62,496 bases of DNA from Ginglymostoma cirratum (Eukaryota): positions 17,913,667 through 17,976,162 of the forward strand of contig JAHRHZ010000049.1 of NCBI GenBank assembly GCA_024137785.1. Direction: 5' to 3'. The notes beneath the pieces were generated by a model, which made no database searches, was not told where the DNA came from, and was given only the letters and a program-made list of their open reading frames with translations. This document shows, one piece after another, positions 25,377 through 37,826 of this stretch. Within the stretch, counting starts at the first letter, position 1, and the number at the start of each line of letters is the position of its first letter. The position numbers and the translations under genes were made by a program.

Positions 25377-27199
25377 TAAGTGTGACTTTTTGTTTGCTAG
25401 TTCGCCCTAATTTCACAAAGTCACCACTCACCCTATTTTGTCATTGCACACGCCTCTCAACAAGGATCAAGGACTACAATTCTCACTGTTACTTGCATCA
25501 TACCCACTCATGTCCTGTCATCCACTCATCCTCCCACTTTACAAATCATTTCACTGCAATTCCTACTGACTCACTGAGGAGACCTCTCCATCTCTCCTGC
25601 TCCAATGTTATCAAAAACTGTTCTTTCCATCTACTTCCATCATAGTCAGACTGTCTGAGAGTCTGAATCTCATAAGGATACTGGAGACCAGCTATCCATT
25701 CAGCTCCATGTGGAAGATGACGCCCTAGTTTCAGTCATTGGAGACTTTGTCAAGATGCACAGGCAGGCAAAGTACCAGCAGGCAACTTTGTCAGAGGCAG
25801 AGAGTAAACACGCTAGAAGAATGCAGGATTCCACTAACATTATCAATACCATGTTAGCACTGGTGTGTATGCATCTGGCTGTCTTGATAAACAACTGGCA
25901 ACTGCCATGGAGACTCAGGTCCAGCACATTCAGTGTCTGATAAATATGCACAGAGCTGTACTCCATTGCCGTTGCCATTGGTGCTCAACATCAATGACAA
26001 GGCAAGAGGGGCCAAGGAGCTGCCACCTAACTCCATGTATCACTTCCTTTCAGGGAAACAAGGTGGTGCCAGCAGGAGCCACACACAGGGATCCTGGAGG
26101 CTTCCTCTCAGGACATTCCAGAATTCCTGCAATTGCCACCTACTGTCTGCCTCTGACACCAAAGACTGTCGATGTCCAAGCCGAAGAAGGCAAATCTGTA
26201 TTTGGACCCTTTCAGCTCGCAAACCTACAGGGAAGATCAGCAAGGCTTCCAGGCCTATTGAGCCAACAAAAGAACTGGACCCTTGAACGATGGTGCTGAT
26301 GACTGCAGCTAAGACATTACAGTTTAATTTGAACAAAGCAGAGGTGAAATGCAGTTTGCTGGGATTATGCTAGTGTTTTGCCTGCACACATCTTTCACAT
26401 TAACAATCACCTTGTGAGTGAGAGTATGGAATCAGTGATGGTGCCTCCTTGGAGGGATTGGGGTTCCATTCTGTCTAATCAGCTTATCAAGGAAGGCGAC
26501 TGCCATTCAAAATAGAAGGTGCACTACAGGAAGTTTGCATGTCCATTCTCCCTCTTAGCACTGCCGCTGCACAAGTCTCTGCCCATCTCAGGTTAAATGC
26601 TTTCCCATAGGAAGTCCAGGCATGTTCAGGCAACTTAGCAGTCCATGAGAACTCTGAAATGTGGAAAGTTATTAGATAATGGAAGTGTCAGAGGAAGTGC
26701 CTGAGAATTCCAGTCAGCCTGTTACCTGTTATGAGGGATTTCACTGCACAACACTCAGCTATCCTTAAAACTGAAGTTTTAACAGCTACTTGACCTTAGC
26801 AGTAGGCAATTATAATGCCTCGTCTCATTGCTTACTGCCTTTTCCCTGAAAGTTAGTTGGACCTGTAAAATGTACATATTTTGAAATGGATCACCAAAAA
26901 AATACTAAACCGACACAGAGATGGAAGAAGAAATTTTCATTCAGCAACAGAAAATTTCAAGTCATGCAAAATAACTAGGTCCGTATGTCCTTTGCACTAA
27001 GCATGGTTTGATTGTCATTACCACCAACAGCATGTTACACATTTGAAAGAAGTTCAAAGTCCACTCATTCTCTCTGGAAATGTGTTTCAAGAAATTTCTA
27101 TCTGTCTTCTCAAACTTGATGATGCATTGATCCATCATACTGTCTTGAATGTCCCCGAGTCTCAGAATTGTGTTGCTGTTGGTCCCCTATTTCATCTGA

Positions 27200-28050
27200 T
27201 CCATGACATCCCCACAGCATGCCACTTTACGAAACATTCCCTTTCTGGACAGAATGGCAAGCTATACCAGAGCATTTCGGGCATAAAAACCTAATTTTAA
27301 GAAGGATAACAGTTTGGTACACATGGTGCTGGGATACACCTTGTCAGCTTTGTATCTTCTTTCTTTTACACCTGAGGGCTTTGTAAAGTTGTCTTGAGTG
27401 AGGTACGGACAGGGTACCCCTTGTACCCAGCAGCTTATGCTCTATGGCCCAAGAACATTGGAATAAAACAGGAACTTGTAGGTTATGTTCTATGTACACA
27501 TCTTAACAATTCCAAAGATATCTGGCGCACACCTTCAAAATCTACTATCAATGGTCACATGTAATTTGAGCATTGATAAAGTGGAAGCCTTTCCCATTGA
27601 TGAAGTCTGCAGTTTGGTGATAGGGTGCTCTCAAAGCAGTGTAGTTGCATTCAATAGCGCTTTGTATCTGGATGAAGCTAATGATGGTAGAGAATTCTGG
27701 GAATTCCTTGAATCTCCATGTCTATGGGGAAGGATATACATTTGCGCAATCGGGAGAAAACAGCATCAGTGATATCTTGGATACAGTTGTGGGTTGAGGC
27801 CACCTGTTCCCTCTTGTTCCTTGAAGTGAATCGCTAACATCGAAATACAGCAGCAATATCCTTGGTGGCCATCAGGATGGTATGGCCACCCAGTTCTTCG
27901 AAGCACAAGTCATGCTCCAGCAGTGAAATAGTTCCATGATGGTAGCCTGGGATATCCTTCATCTCTGCCTGCATGTTTCTAAGAACTGTAGAAAATAAGT
28001 GTGAGGCCTCTGTCTACTTGGTGGAACTTCACCTGTTGCTTCTCCCTTTC
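27200..28050 (-). pseudogene. Harbinger (HARBI1-like) DDE transposase pseudogene
   Basis: 27661-27500 reads SAIECNYTALRAPYHQTADFINGKGFHFINAQITCDH**ILKVCARYLWNC*DVYI (consensus-like GAIDCTH..., NRKGFHS.NVQ..CD, ARYPGS.HD); upstream LLEHDLCFEELGGHTILMATK and HNCIQDITDAVFSRL. Confidence 0.88.
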
Positions 28051-30022
28051 CAGGCTGAGCACAGCCTCTGAAAGTTTCTGAACCTGTGGGTTTGCAGCCA
28101 ACATTGACAGGACTCTCTTCTTTGATGATGTCTTCATAGTTGAAGCAGTGCCACAAAGGTTCCAGCCACAGCATTGTTCACGTCAGATGTATGAGCAAAC
28201 AACCTTTGAAGAATATGAGAAAGAAAATAATGCTTTATGAAGAATGCTCCTGAAGTGTCACATTAATCACAATGAGGTCTCATATACAATGAAATGACAC
28301 GCCATGGAAGCTTCAAAGGATGACGATGTTATGTCTCAATAACGAGCTCTTAAGTATGCAAAATTATCCAGTTGTATATTGCATAACCAACGTGCTCATG
28401 CTACATTAGGGAGTGGAATTCTAGACATAAACTACCATGATAACATAACGTCCCAAAAAAAAAAGGCACCCTTGAAAAAGACAGGTTATGTCCATGCATA
28501 CGGTCAGTTCAGTACCAAATGCGGCAGCTCCTAAACATCGTCTTCTGGGGTGAGATATAGAATGGGTTTTAGAAATGCCAAGCCCAGATGACATTTTTAA
28601 GTTAATGTCTGATTACATTTGTTTATCAGATATGACAAGGAGACAGTTATTACAAAAACTGTATAGGTTGTGATAACTTTCGACCATTATGGGTAATTGC
28701 CCTCGTGGACAATGAATAACCTGCTGTTCAAATGTAGCTCGACGTGAGGTGTGTGGTATTACTGAATCAGAGGATGTATAATTCATGCAATTGCCCTAAC
28801 AGTGTCTCAAGTTCAAACAATTTTACTCCGCCCTCTCAGAATATAAACAGTAAGCACTCTGCCTGCTCTCCATATGACAGAAGCCATTTTATATCATTTA
28901 TGTATAGTTGACTTTGGATCTAAAATGGCAGGGTTTCAACTCATGTTCTCGTGAGTGACTTGAAGGTTCCATGTGAAATGCAATATAATTCCCCCATTCT
29001 CATGTTTCCTATTGTATTACAGTTCCTGTGACCCCTTTCAGCCCTCCCCCCATTTCTGTTTAGTCCCTTTTAAAAGGCTGTTAATGGCCCTAGTTTACCC
29101 CCAAGGCCAAAAGCTTTGTGAATTGCCTTGTTGTTGTTGGCCATACACTCAGCTGATGTAAAGGCCAGAGAGTTTGTACCTTGTGAAAACATGTCTTTCC
29201 AGAGCTCTTAGTCCCACCCTTCTATCTTGATTTGCCCTCTTTCATTTTCATCATTCCCTCATTGATCCAGCCCAATGAAGCCCAGCCCTAAACTTGTGTT
29301 TCCTACTTTCCCCAGGCCTCCCTGGATGTCCTTCTGATGACGCAAGGACATTAATGCTCAAAACCCCATGACTGACTGTGGCCCAAGCACCTGACTGACC
29401 GTGACCAAACCTCTGGACTAGAATTGAAAGAGCCCTTTTCCTGAGTGTGGTGCTACTCTCTGACTTATAGTCACCTTTTGAACACACTAAGAACAAGGTG
29501 TCTTTGACTTTCAGGCATGGTAATTTCATTGAAGTAAATGTACTGTGTTTTCCACATTAGTTGCTTGCATATGCTGTAGGTGTAATGTAGATATGGCAGA
29601 GTGCACACAGTGACATGTCCACTCTGTTCTCTGTTCAGTGTTCCCAACTGTGACAAACTGCTTGCCTCTCCCTGCAAGCCAAAAAGCAATGCAAGGCACA
29701 AAGGCATGCCACAACTTAGCACTGAAAGAATTGTAAGACCCAGAGGCGGTCTGCCTCCAATTAGCCAATAGGTGTGCACTAAGTAATAGAACACATAACA
29801 CATGAAGCTAACAGCCATAGGATGCATGTTTGCCCCTGCACTCAAAGCAACCTCACAAAAGCTTGCAAGTCATAGGGTTATTTGAGCTCCAATGGCAAGT
29901 TCTGAAGGGCTGAAGTAGTGTGTGAGTTGAACCAAGAGTAGGCAAGATGATACGGTGAGGCTGATTGTTTGCTGATGCCACCTTGCGTGAATGAGGGCAG
30001 TATCCATGCAGCATATTGGAGT

Positions 30023-30213
30023 TAACAAGGTGTAGAGCTGGATGAACGCAGCAGACCAAGCAGTATCAGAGGAGCAGTAAGGCTGACGTTTCAGGTCTAG
30101 CCCAAAACGTCAGCCTTCCTGCTCCTCTGATGCTGCTTAGCCTGCTGTGTTCATCCAGCTCTACACCTTGTTAACTCAGATTCTCCAGCATCTGCAGTTC
30201 CTGCTATCTCTGA
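30023..30213 (+). mobile_element. Fold-back short PLE-derived element (family A)
   Basis: Near-perfect palindrome 30019-30177 centred at about 30097, plus tail; TSD agcatattggagt (30010-30022) / agcattttggagt (30214-30226). Confidence 0.9.
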
Positions 30214-31597
30214 AGCATTTTGGAGTATTGTGTTGAAGACAGAATTGGATAAATGTCAGTACCAGCAACCTGTGAGCCACAGCCACCAGGTAACTGTTCT
30301 GACATTTGCTTCCAGAATTGGTGCCATCTACTTTCTCAAGAAAGGACAGCCAAATTGGAGTATGTATAAAAATGAGGTGAGTTAGGCTAACAATGAGATG
30401 TAAATGTATAAAAATAAATTGGTCTGCACTCACCAGCAAAGTACTGCACTCTCCCTTTAAATCTTAAGGGGAAAACCAGAAATTATTTTATCTATGGTGA
30501 AATTCTGTTTTTTCTTCACACATTTCCCACTGTTGTTCAAAGAATCGAAAAACTCTGCAGTATGCAAATGCAAATCATTATTTTTTATCCCATTTCTATC
30601 CACTGTCAATCTTATATAATGTTCTGGAAATCAGTGCCATTGATAATGGAAGAGAGGACTCAATCATAAGATGCATTTGAAACTTATTCATAATGTTGTT
30701 TGATTAAATATTTGATTATGATTAAATATTTGTAAATATTTTCAGTGAAGCTAGCATTCAAAATGGATGGGAGCTTTCATCAGTCTATGTTATTGGCAAC
30801 AGTTTTGATATTGCACAAGCATTCAACTTATATTTTAAGATATATGAAACTTCTCACTGTTACTTTGATGATTGTCAAATGACTTCACTCAATTTGTATT
30901 TCCATAACATTGTATGAAACAGCTTACAGTCACAACATGCTTATATTTCAACCTAATATACATGCCTGTCCTGCAGGCTTTGCTCGATCTGGTGCTAATG
31001 TTATTTACTACTATTCAATTAAAAGTCACAATCTTTTCTTGAGGTTCAATCTCAGGGTGTCAGAACACAGGCTGCTCGGAAGTTGCTGGGTTAAATTCCA
31101 AATGCACTGCTATCCTGAGTGGTTCTTGAATATAATCTGGGAACTTGACATCAAGAGAAAGCGGAGGTGGAAGGGAGTATGAAGCGCGAATGGCAAAAGG
31201 GCTTTAAATTAGGTAAGAGCACAAGATAATTAATATTCCGAACACTATTTCCTCAAGGGAAAACATGAGCAGATGCCCTGTTCGAACAGAGACAATTTAG
31301 GTAAATTCTGTGACTTTGATATAAATGAGACAGATATTTTTTTTTAAATCACCAGCTGATATTTAATCCAGGCATTGAGAAGAACAAGGAAAAAGTTTTA
31401 AAAATTATTATGATTGAGCCAGTGGATGGAAATAAATCAAACCATATTCAAAAAGTATCATAAACGTAGAAACAAGCAAACACAGGCTTTGATGTCTTAA
31501 TATGAATCCCCCTGTAAAATCAGACAGTTGACGCAAATACCAAAAAGAGATCATGTTAACCTAACCTTATTGAATTTGAAACATCCAAACCTTGTTT

Positions 31598-32483
31598 CAG
31601 AGACAACACAGTGTGGAGCTGGATGAACACAGCAGGCCAGGCAGCATCAGAGGAGCAGGAAAGTTAACATTTCGGGTCAGGACCCTTCTTCAGAAATGGG
31701 GAAAGGGGAAGGGAGCTCAGAAATAAATAGAGAGAGCAGGGGTGGGGCTGGGGGAAGGTAGGTGGGATGGTGATAGGTGAGTGCAGGTAGGCAATGATGA
31801 TGATTGGTCAGTGAGGTGGGAGGAACAGATAGGTGGGAGAGAAGATGGACAGGTTGTGTCAGGTCAAGGAAGTGAGAATGAGAGGGAGGGCTGGTCATGG
31901 GATGAGGCCGGGGAAGGGGGGAGATTTTGAAACTGGTAAAGCCCACATTAACACTATGGGTTGTAGGTTCCCAAGGCGGAATATGAAATGTTGCTCCTCC
32001 AGTTTCCAGGTGGCATCATTGTGACACTGGAGGAGGCCCAGGATGGACATAGAGTGGGAGGGGGCGTTGAAATGGTTCGCGACTGAAAGATGTTGTTGTT
32101 TGTCACGAACAGAGTGCAAGTGCTCTATAAAGCAGTCTCCAAGCCTCCGCTTGCTCTCACCAATGTAGAGGAGGCTACATCGGGAGCGGCTAATGCAGTA
32201 GACCACATTGACAGATGTGAAGGGGGAACCTCTGTCTGATCTGAAACGTTTGTTTGGTTCCGTGGATGGAGTGGGGGGGTGCGTGTAGGGGCAGGTATAG
32301 CACTTCCTGCGGTTGCAGGGAAAGGTGCCGTGGGTGGTGGGGCTAGTGGGGAGTGTAGAGCGGATGAGGGAGTCACGGAGAGAGTGGTCACTCCGGAAGA
32401 CAGATAGGGGTGGGGAGGGAAATATATCTTTGGTTGTGGGGTCAGATTGCAGCTGGCAGAATTGGTGGAGAATGATACATTGA
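31598..32483 (-). mobile_element. Inverted arm of PLE family A (GIY-YIG plus pLTR)
   Basis: ORF 31895-32206 VYCISRSRCSLLYIGESKRRLGDCFIEHL...VANHFN...LEEQHFIFRLG; reverse complement of about 33406-34283. Confidence 0.92.
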
Positions 32484-34314
32484 ATACAAATACTTACCTT
32501 GATTCTGTTTCCTCCCCCTGGTCCGGGAACTCCCCACCTATGAATGGGACACCACCCACACCCTTCACCTCCTCCAAGACTTCCAATTCCCTGGTCCCCA
32601 ACACCTCATCTTCACTATGGACATCCAACCCCTGTACACTTGCATTCCCCATACAGATGACCTGAAAGCCCTCTGCTTCTTTGTCTCCTGCAGGCCTAAC
32701 TAGTCCCCCTCCCCCTCCTAACCCTTATTCACTTAACCGAACTCATCCTTACCCTTAATAACTTCTCCTTCCAATCCTCCCACTTCCTACAGACTAAGGG
32801 GGTGGCCATGGGAACCCGCCTGGGCCCAAGCTATGCCTGCCTCTTTGTAGGATATATGGAACAGTCCCTCTTCCGCAGCTACACTGGCACTATCCCCCAC
32901 CTCTTCCTCTGCTACATCGATGACTTGATTGAGGCTGCCTCATGCTCCCACGAGGAGCTTTTTGAACAGTTCATCACCTTTATTAATGCCATTCACCCCA
33001 AACTCAAATTCACCTGGACCATCTCCGATACCTCCCCCACCTTCCTGGACCTCTCTGTTTCCATCTCTGGTGACTGTCTCAAAACCGACATCTATTTCAA
33101 GGCCACCAACTCCCCCAGCTAGCTAGACTACACCTCCTCTCACCCACCTTCCTGCAAGAATGCAATTCCCTACTCCCAATTCTTCCACCTCAGCCACTTC
33201 TGCTCCCAAGATGGGGCGTTCCACTCCCAAACGTTCCAGATGTCCTCTTATTTCAAGGACCGCTGCATACCCCCTTCAGTGGTTGAAAATGCTTTCAAAC
33301 GTATCTCTTGCATTTCCCTCACCTCTGTCCTCACACCCACTCTCCACAACAAAACAAAGACAGAATCCTCCTTGTCCTCACGTATCACCCCACCAACCTC
33401 CATATCCAACGTATCATTCTCCGCCACCTGCAATCCGACCCCACAACCAAAGATATATTTCCCTCCCCACCCCTATCTACCTTTCATACGCACCGCGCTC
33501 TCTGCGACTCTCTCGTCCGCTCCATGCTCCCCACTATCCCCACCAACCCCGACACCTTTCCCTGCAACCGCAGGAAGTGCTACACCTGCTCCTACACCTC
33601 CCCCCTCACCTCCATCCAAGGAATCAAAAAAATCTTTCAGATCAGACAGGAGTTCACTTGCACATCCATCGATGTGGTCTACTGTATCCACTGCTCCTGA
33701 TGTGGCCTCTTCTACATTGGTGAGACCAAGCAGAGGATCGGAGTCACTTTGTATAGCACCTGCGCTCTGTTCACGACAAACGACAACACCTTCCAGTCAC
33801 AAACCATTTCACTTCTCCTCCCACTCCTTGGGTGACATGTTCATCCTGGGCCTTCTCCAGTGTCACAGTGACACCATCCGGACACTGGAGGAGCAGCACT
33901 TCATATTCTGCCTCAGGAACCTACAGCCCAATGGTGTCAATGTGGACTTTACCAGTTTCAAAATCTCCCCACCCCCAGCCTCATCCCATGACTAACCCTC
34001 CCTCTCATCCCCACCTTCTTGACCTGACAAAACTTGTTCATCTTCTCTCCCACCTATCAGCTCCTTCCACCTCACTGACCAATCATCACCACTGCCTACC
34101 TGCACTCACCTATCACCATCCTACCTACCTGCCCCCGCCCCCCCCCCCCCCTATTTATTTCGGAGCTCCCTGCCCTCTCCGTGTATCTGAAGAAGGGTTT
34201 TGACCCAAAACATCAGCTTTCCTGCTTCTCTGATGCTGCGCAGTACTGCTATGTTCCTCCAGCTCCACGCTGTGTTATCTCTGACTCCAGCACTGGCAGT
34301 TTTTCCTATCTCTG
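32484..34314 (+). mobile_element. Penelope-like element family A (Neptune-type): RT, Cys linker, GIY-YIG and pLTR; 5'-truncated and frameshifted
   Basis: AMGTRLGPSYACLFVG, CYIDD and FLDL (PLE RT); FPCNRRKCYTC linker; VVYCIHCS*CGLFYIGETK (GIY-YIG); ends in the family A pLTR and tail. Confidence 0.93.
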
Positions 34315-37300
34315 AGGCCATTTGTTCAGTCATCTTGTAGAAGGTTGCTGTGAACGATTCTGAGTTAAATCCAAATGTTGTGAATTTAAGTGAATCCAAA
34401 GAACACATATCACAGCTGAAGGGTAAAATATACATTATTAAGGACACCTGCTACATTTGGAGGGAAGTCCTGAGTGAATGTCCGAGGGGCTGGTGTATGG
34501 ACTGCTGGTGTATTTTCATCTATTTAACTGAATTGATTTTTACAAAAATACAATTGATTCTAATTTTGAGTTGATAGAAGAGGTGGAATTGCAGGAACAA
34601 ACCAGTTTTATGGAATAATGTTCCAGGAATGTAAACAACACTGTACAGAAAGAGCAAACCAGCAGTGAATAACTCATTAAATACAATATGTTAAAATGAT
34701 AAAAACTAGTTCATTTCCAATTCCGATGTACACCTATTAGAATTTTTGCTCAATAAAAGTCTCTTTAATTGAAAATCCTGGACAATTTACTAACTTCTGT
34801 GCAAGCTTAATTACCTGTAAGTGGTTAAGCCTGTCTAATGCTGCCATAGACTTTCCATTGTGGGTAGATCAAAAGCAATAGTCTACATACATATTGGTCA
34901 TACAGACAACAGATATTCATTAAAAAGTTGTGATTTGCACTTATTTTAAATCATACTAAGGCATTATTTAATTCTTCCCAGCTGCTTCCTCTGGAACTGA
35001 AGAAATGCTCAGAGACAGTGGAATATCTGAATTATGGCTAACACTCCAATATCTTTCTGTCAGAGTCCAATGGGCGTTATGACCAGCAGAAAAATATGCA
35101 CTGCTTAGGTGTTCGATTTAAATATTCACATCACATTTTCATAAACATTATGAAGAGCAGGTACAGATACATCAGTATGCAGAGTGCAGTATTGTTTCAC
35201 TAAAGATAAGAGTCCATCAATGTGTAAAGATTGCAAGGCAACATAAAATTTATGTGCAATACTGTCAATCTCCTGGACCATCTATAGACAGAAAACATGG
35301 TTTCACCATAATAGTTAAAGCATGCAGCGTCTTCTCATGCACTGATCAGGTCATCAATACAACTGTGTAAATTAGTTGCAATTCCTGCTCATATTAAGGA
35401 CCGAAAAGGATGAAGCTATCTCCTTTGATGAGACCACCACAGAAACATGACAGATATTCATCAATAAATGGTTCCAAATCAGTGATCATCTTCCCCACAC
35501 AACTAGGGAGTCCACAGAGCAACACTCCAGACATTTACTGAAGCCATTAGCCTCAAAAATTTACATTGACAGAAGCAATACAATGTCCCAAGTGCTGAAG
35601 TACATTTGCATATTTCCAGATACACATCATGCTTTTTTTTTAACAGAAACAATTCTCCCCCATCTCAAATTGCAGTCTCACTTGGAATTATCCTGAAGTG
35701 AATAATGTTTGCCTTTGACTCAAACGTAGCGCCTGCTTAACATTTTTTAAAAATCCATTTCAAATCATTATCAAAGAGTTGAACATATGCAGAGCATTAA
35801 AATGACTGATGGTAGTACACTGGCATTTTCTAAGAATGAATTACTTGCGAGTAAGTCATCGATTGTGCAATATAGAAAATATACGCAAACCTGAGGGTGC
35901 CATTGTACTTTGTCCTGTGGTAATTATATATGTCTCAAAGTAACCTTTTCATTTGAAAGCTGCTTTTAACATGTGATGAAAAATTCATCTGTAAGTGGAA
36001 GGATGAAAACAATGAATAAACTACATCATAAGTAAAAATTCCACATCGACTTCGCTATCTGTTTCCATGTGAGAAATATACACTGGATTTATTTTGCTTT
36101 GAATGCATTCTGCAGGAAAAATAATAGGGAATATATTTACTTGTGAGGTTATTTGTATATTTTCATTAACAAAGTCCTCATTTTAGAAAAAGTACTCGAA
36201 CAAAATGTTCCTTTTTATTTTAATTGATTTTTTTTCACTAATATCTGGCATGTGTTGACAGTGCCCCCTATGGATATTGTAGAGGCAGTTAAGATTTTTC
36301 AAGCCCACTTCTTCAAATAATTTATTGAACTATGATTGAATTGCACATTTTCCTCGTTTATCAACGATTATAGAATAATTTACCGTTTCTCTTTTCATGA
36401 TATAATTGGGAGAATGTTCATCATCGCAATTAACCAGTTAAGTTTCAGACTTTAAAATACATCATTTCAATTAATATTTTTGGATTGTGAAGTACAGCAG
36501 AATACAGACACTGTCCCATTTTGCTTTGTTAAAAGATGAATTTCACTGCCTAGAAATGGCAGACAAACACCAAGTCAGTGGGAGGTGGAGCTGTCTATTC
36601 TTGGTAATCGGCTGCAGTGAAAGCCAATAATTTAGTACTCTGCTTATCCAGAAGCTATCATCTGGACAATAAGTCTGAAAATCAGTGTGGTCTTCATCGT
36701 CTACATTAACTCATTTATATAAATGCCATGACATTACTCATAAAAATGGATTAATGAAATGTATTTGAATTGCTGAGTAAGTTCCGTTAGTCACTGAATA
36801 AGCCTGAAGTAAAGTGTGTTGGGTTGTGAATTGCAAGGCCAATTGAATTTTTGATTGGAAAGAAAGTTACAATTTGCCAAAATTAATGGCTTTATTGTTC
36901 AGTGTAAAACTCGTGCTCTGTGCTTAAAAACATGACAAAGACTGTTAGTTCTTTTGCATGATGCTCGGAAGAGTATAAATTATAAAGACTGCCATTGTAA
37001 TATGGAGCTGTGCCACTTACTCGAGTTCAAAAAGATTCAGAAGCTGACTGCATGAGATTTCATTAATGTTTAGAACAATTTTGGTAGGTGTTAGTATCTA
37101 GACCAGTATTCATTGACCAACAGTAATTGCCCTTTTGAAGGTGGACGGTAATTGCTCCACAGAGCTGTGAGCAGTTCCAGGATTTTAATCCTGCGATGAT
37201 TAAGGAATGATAACAGCTTAGTCAAGATGGTGTGCACTTTGGAAAGGAAATTGAAGCTGGTGCTCCCAAGCTTATGCTTAATTACTGTCTGAGGTTGTAG

Positions 37301-37726
37301 ATTTGGAAGGTTATGTCAAGAGAATTAATATATCTTACATATTACTTAATTTTATTCTTTAGATGGTCAATTTAATATAAATCCATCATTTATGGACTTC
37401 TCTTTGAAATTATTGTTGAGAAATTTGAGACTAGTTTTGTATTTGCGTTGTTTTTAAGTAAGACTGAGGTGCAAAGAAACTTATACTAAATTAAAATGAA
37501 AGCATTTTAGACTAGGGATTAATACATATCTAAACAGTTGCATATAGCCTGATTTTGATCCAATAAGAGGTATTGCATAATGATCTTGGCCCTTTAAATA
37601 TGATCATTGTCTTGTGTATGTTGCTTCAAGCTAGAGGGAGTAATACCATGTATGAGGAAAGCTTCTGGTCAAACTAAAAGAACTACATTGCCTTACAACA
37701 ACTACTTACAACTTAAATGAAAACAA

Positions 37727-37826
37727 GAACAAAAACAAAGTTGCTGGAAAAGCACAGCAGGTCTGGCAGCATCTGTGAAGGAAAAAAAGAGTTAACGTTT
37801 CAGGTCCAGTGACTCTTCCTCAGATC
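37727..37826 (-). mobile_element. Older short PLE-derived element with hammerhead-like core
   Basis: Minus strand gatCTGAGGA-A-GAGTCACTGGACCT-GAAAC-GTT-aac. Confidence 0.7.

Larger units (their letters stand above)
24845..28200. mobile_element. PIF/Harbinger DNA transposon fossil with convergent Myb and transposase genes
   Basis: Both genes present; a left-end-like gagcagaattttcc at 24845 resembles the terminus at 39131; right end not located. Confidence 0.7.

Noticed and set aside
27200-28050. Host HARBI1 gene
   Set aside because: Multiple stops and frameshifts and an adjacent Myb relic indicate a dead transposon copy.
31055-31211. Exon-like segment ending AG|GTAAGA
   Set aside because: Stops in all three frames and no recognisable homology; cannot be supported as coding.
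33160-33995. Long Pro/Ser-rich ORFs (187 and 251 aa) as novel proteins
   Set aside because: Alternative or frameshifted frames of the C-rich PLE coding strand.
31584-34329. TSD around the large inverted PLE
   Set aside because: The flanks (aaaccttgtttcag versus ggccatttgttcag) match only partially, which is too weak to call.
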